DNA of 63,054 nucleotides, filler included, from Asterionella formosa (taxonomy: Eukaryota): assembly GCA_002256025.1 (NCBI GenBank). It is 23 parts of 23 records of this genome, joined end to end, with 100 filler letters (N's around TTAATTAATTAA, not from the genome) between each part and the next. Parts side by side here need not be neighbours in the genome. Positions count along the whole stretch, not along the records: positions 59,798 to 61,376 come from NKIB01001873.1; positions 61,477 to 63,054 come from NKIB01001874.1; 21 more parts are not named here. One strand, given 5' to 3'. Under the pieces are notes generated by a model. It searched no databases, was not told the DNA's origin, and was given only the letters and a program-made list of their open reading frames with translations. Both the position numbers and the translations under genes were made by a program. This document shows, piece after piece, positions 59,798-63,054 of the stretch (its first letter is position 1; each line of letters begins with the position of its first letter).

Positions 59798-61376
59798 TTG
59801 TGTGTTATTGCTGCAACATGACATGATGACCATTCTATGGCGTTAGTCATTGTTCCAAATTTGAGATTTGGATACAATCTCAGTCTATATTAATCCCCAG
59901 TCAATGATGATGTTCAACTTCATGCAGTGGTCGCATAGTTGTAAAGTTATGTAATATCCAGTAGTAGAAACCTATCATTTTAATATTGTGTCTTTATGCT
60001 GCAACATGACATGATGACCATTCTATGTCGTTTGTCATTGTTCCCATTTTATGATTTGGATACAATCTCAGTCTATACAACTACTCAATCAATTGAGATG
60101 TCCAGCATCATGGAAAGGTCTCGTAGTTGTAAAGTTATGGAATATCCAGTAGTAGAAACCTATCATTTGAATTTTGTGTGTTATTGCTGCAACATGACAT
60201 GATGACCATTCTATGGCGTTTGTCATTGTTCCCATTTTGATATTTGGATACAATCTCATTCTATACAACTACCCAATCAATTGAGATGTCCAACATCATG
60301 GAAAGGTCGCATAGTTGTAAAGTTATGTAATATCCAGTAGTAGAAACCTATCATTTGAATTTTGTGTCTTTATGCTGCAACATGACATGATGACCATTTT
60401 TTGGCGTTTGTCATTGTTCCCATTTTGAAATTTGGATAAAATCTCATTCTATACAACTACCCAGTCAATTGAGATGTTCAACATCATGGAGAGGTCGCAT
60501 AGTTATAAAGTTATGGAATATCCAGTAGTAGAAACCTATCATTTTAATATTGTGTATTATTGCTGCAACATGACTTGATGACCATTCTATGGCGTTAGTC
60601 ATTGTTCCCATTTTGTGATTTGGATACAATCTCATTCTATACAACTACCCAATCAATTGAGATGTCCAACATCATGGAAAGGTCTCGTAGTTATAAAGTT
60701 ATGGAATATCCAGTAGTAGAAACCTATCATTTGAATTTTGTGTGTTTTTGCTGCAACATGACATGATGACCATTCTATGGCGTTTGTCATTGTTCCAATT
60801 TTGATATTTGGATACAATCTCATTCTATAATACTACCCAGTCAATTGAGATGTACAACATCATGGAATGGTCTCATAGTTGTAAAGTTATGTAATATCCA
60901 GTGGTAGAAACCTATCATTTGAATTTTGTGTGTTATTGCTGCAACATGACATGATGACCATTCTATGGCGTTAGTCATTGTTCCAAATTTGAGATTTGGA
61001 TACAATCTCAGTCTATATTAATCCCCAGTCAATGATGATGTTCAACTTCATGGAAAGGTCTTATAGTTGTAAAGTTATGGAGTATCCAGTAGCTAGTAGG
61101 AACCTATTATTTCAATTTTGTGTATTTATGTGACAACATCACATGATGACCATTTTATGTCGTTTGTCATTGTTCCAAGAAAGAGATATGGATACACTTC
61201 TAAACTATATTAGTCCCCAGTCAATTGAAATGTTCAACATAACGGAATGGTCTTATGGTTGTAAAGAAATGGTATATCCAGCAGCCAGTAGTAGCCTAGT
61301 AGAAACATATCATTTCAATTTTGTGAGTAGATTTTACAACATGAATGATGAACTGGCCCTTTCCATGGCGTTGGGA
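59798..61376. repeat. Satellite array with a 188-bp monomer, about 8.4 copies, degenerating at the right end
   Basis: The anchor GATA(C/A)AATCT occurs at 59871, 60059, 60247, 60435, 60623, 60811 and 60999 (spacing 188), then at 61191. Confidence 0.97.
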
Positions 61377-63054
61377 NNNNNNNNNNNNNNNNNNNNNNNN
61401 NNNNNNNNNNNNNNNNNNNNTTAATTAATTAANNNNNNNNNNNNNNNNNNNNNNNNNNNNNNNNNNNNNNNNNNNNTTCATATTCATATTTTAATTATAA
61501 TAGTGATGTGTTTTATTCAGTTTCCCACAAATGTTTGAGTGGCCAGCTCTAACAGCTACATTATAGGTTTGCCATGAAAATGTTTGCATGGTAGCGCTTC
61601 TTCCGTTTACTGTTTTTCACATCATGGCTACTACTAAGCTACTACTTTTCTTGCAGAAATAGATGAATTCCTGGTAGTAGGGGACCTACTTTGCTCATTC
61701 TTAATAGTCTCTCAGCTTTAACTCCATTGACTTGATTTGTGAGTTTTATTGCTTGCGTGTCCTGGCTCATTGCATCTGTCCTTGTCTGTAATATCAATTC
61801 TGCTACTATATGAAATTGTCTATTTCCATTTAGACATTCCTCAGACTACATCTAGTAGTCAGACACAGGTTGACACCAACAGCCTAATAGCCACATTCTG
61901 ACTTGTACCGGTACCTGGTAACCCTAAATATGCATTTCACAATGGTGGTTGTAGCTCACAGGGCTATTTTGTGCTGACTATAATACATGCTATACTCCCT
62001 GCAGGCTACAGTTGGTACCCGCCCGCCCTCGTACCAACCTGGTTACCCTACTATATCATGATGGTGGTTGTTGTCGGTTAGCTCTTACATAGGGCTATTT
62101 AGTCCTGACTACCTTGTACCTGGTACCGTATACCGGTACATCTACTCGGAGCACTATGTATCATGAGCGGGAAATGATTATGGGACAGAAAATTGCCCAG
62201 TGACATTCGCTCCCTACTAACAGTTTGAAAATGTCGTATCCAAAAAGTGCTATGTAAAAAATAAGAATATGTATCGTAATGAGCATGTAGCAGTTTAAGC
62301 AAAAGCTGGCAGCAAATATTTGGAGAATGATTGTCGGACAAATATATCGCAGTTATTGTTGGGATTATCGAAAAGCCAATCATCGGGATTCAACAGCCGA
62401 TCAATACATTTAATACTCCTCAGACACGTATAGCTTCATTTGACGATCGTTATCTGTGTTCCAGGTCTGGCCGACGATCAAACATGTAAGTTTTCAAATC
62501 GGGTGTATCCTCCTACGCGTTCAAGAATCGCCCATCCTCTCGCTCTGCGTTGGGTTGGATATTTGCAAATTTGTTGTATCTCATTCGTTGACTTTTAAGT
62601 GATAATAAACGAGGCCTAACTCATGTTATGGACGGGACTTTGCCGTGCTGGCGTTTTGGCTGTTACATGTGGATAAATACACATACATGTATATAGATAA
62701 AACATTGAACACTTATAGCAATATTGCAAATTTTGGTCGCCAGCTCGACTACCCAGCGCCTGACTTCTTTTGCATCTATATTCATCATGAAGACTTTCAT
62801 GATCGAACATCCTCTCCGTTGGATGGGGAGACTGGCGTCGCACAAGCCGCAACAGAATGAATTATTGATCTCCTCTATTGATCCTCCTTCGTTGTGGTGT
62901 TGACTGGGATAGGATCTACCCTCTCGAAAAGCCGCGACATACTTTTGCATTGGTGGTCTTGCGCTTGGGATTTGATTGTGTTGCCGATTTGTATTAAACC
63001 TTTCAAGCTGCAGAAGGACGACAAGACCAGAGCCTTCTCGTCATTTTACTACTC

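Noticed and set aside
59798..61376. CRISPR array or repeat-protein gene
   Set aside because: The whole 188-bp monomer is repeated with no unique spacers, the period is not a multiple of 3, the frames I translated contain stops, and no cas genes are present.
62637..62652. 16-mer GACTTTGCCGTGCTGG shared with the reverse complement of about 56825-56841
   Set aside because: The flanks do not extend the match, and neither degenerate ORF region could be assigned to a family.
1..63054. rRNA, tRNA, prokaryotic operons or defence systems
   Set aside because: None were recognisable by eye; the content is eukaryotic genes and transposons.

Overview
This is not one continuous locus. It is 23 unrelated contigs joined by 22 artificial 100-nt spacers (N-runs around TTAATTAATTAA): 22 contigs of about 1.58 kb and one of 26 kb (11795-37860). 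The DNA is eukaryotic and most likely from a diatom, judging by diatom-style Ty1/copia elements, short GT-AG introns, NDUFA9 and a PGRL1-like fragment. Most of it is transposon relics: four copia pieces, a gypsy-like integrase, several PIF/Harbinger pieces, Crypton-like and Plavaka/CMC-like pieces, and foldback/MITE-like elements. Host genes include a PH/coiled-coil protein, a PhyH dioxygenase, a GGCT-like enzyme, a J-domain protein and NDUFA9. Signals most worth following up: (1) a duplicated two-gene orphan module, made of an 80-85 aa protein with an NLS and D-box plus a Ser/Arg-rich disordered protein; (2) a pervasive GGTACC(A/T) heptamer palindrome whose copy number differs between paralogous copies; (3) a large repeat family spread over four contigs that abuts a Plavaka-like transposase, a PGRL1 fragment and a giant-virus/cyanobacterial-like glycosyltransferase; (4) a 188-bp satellite with a possible 6-mer higher-order repeat; (5) a chimeric double Harbinger beside a foldback element that carries a 20-bp-phased site array. 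All family calls are motif recognition by eye, not database searches.
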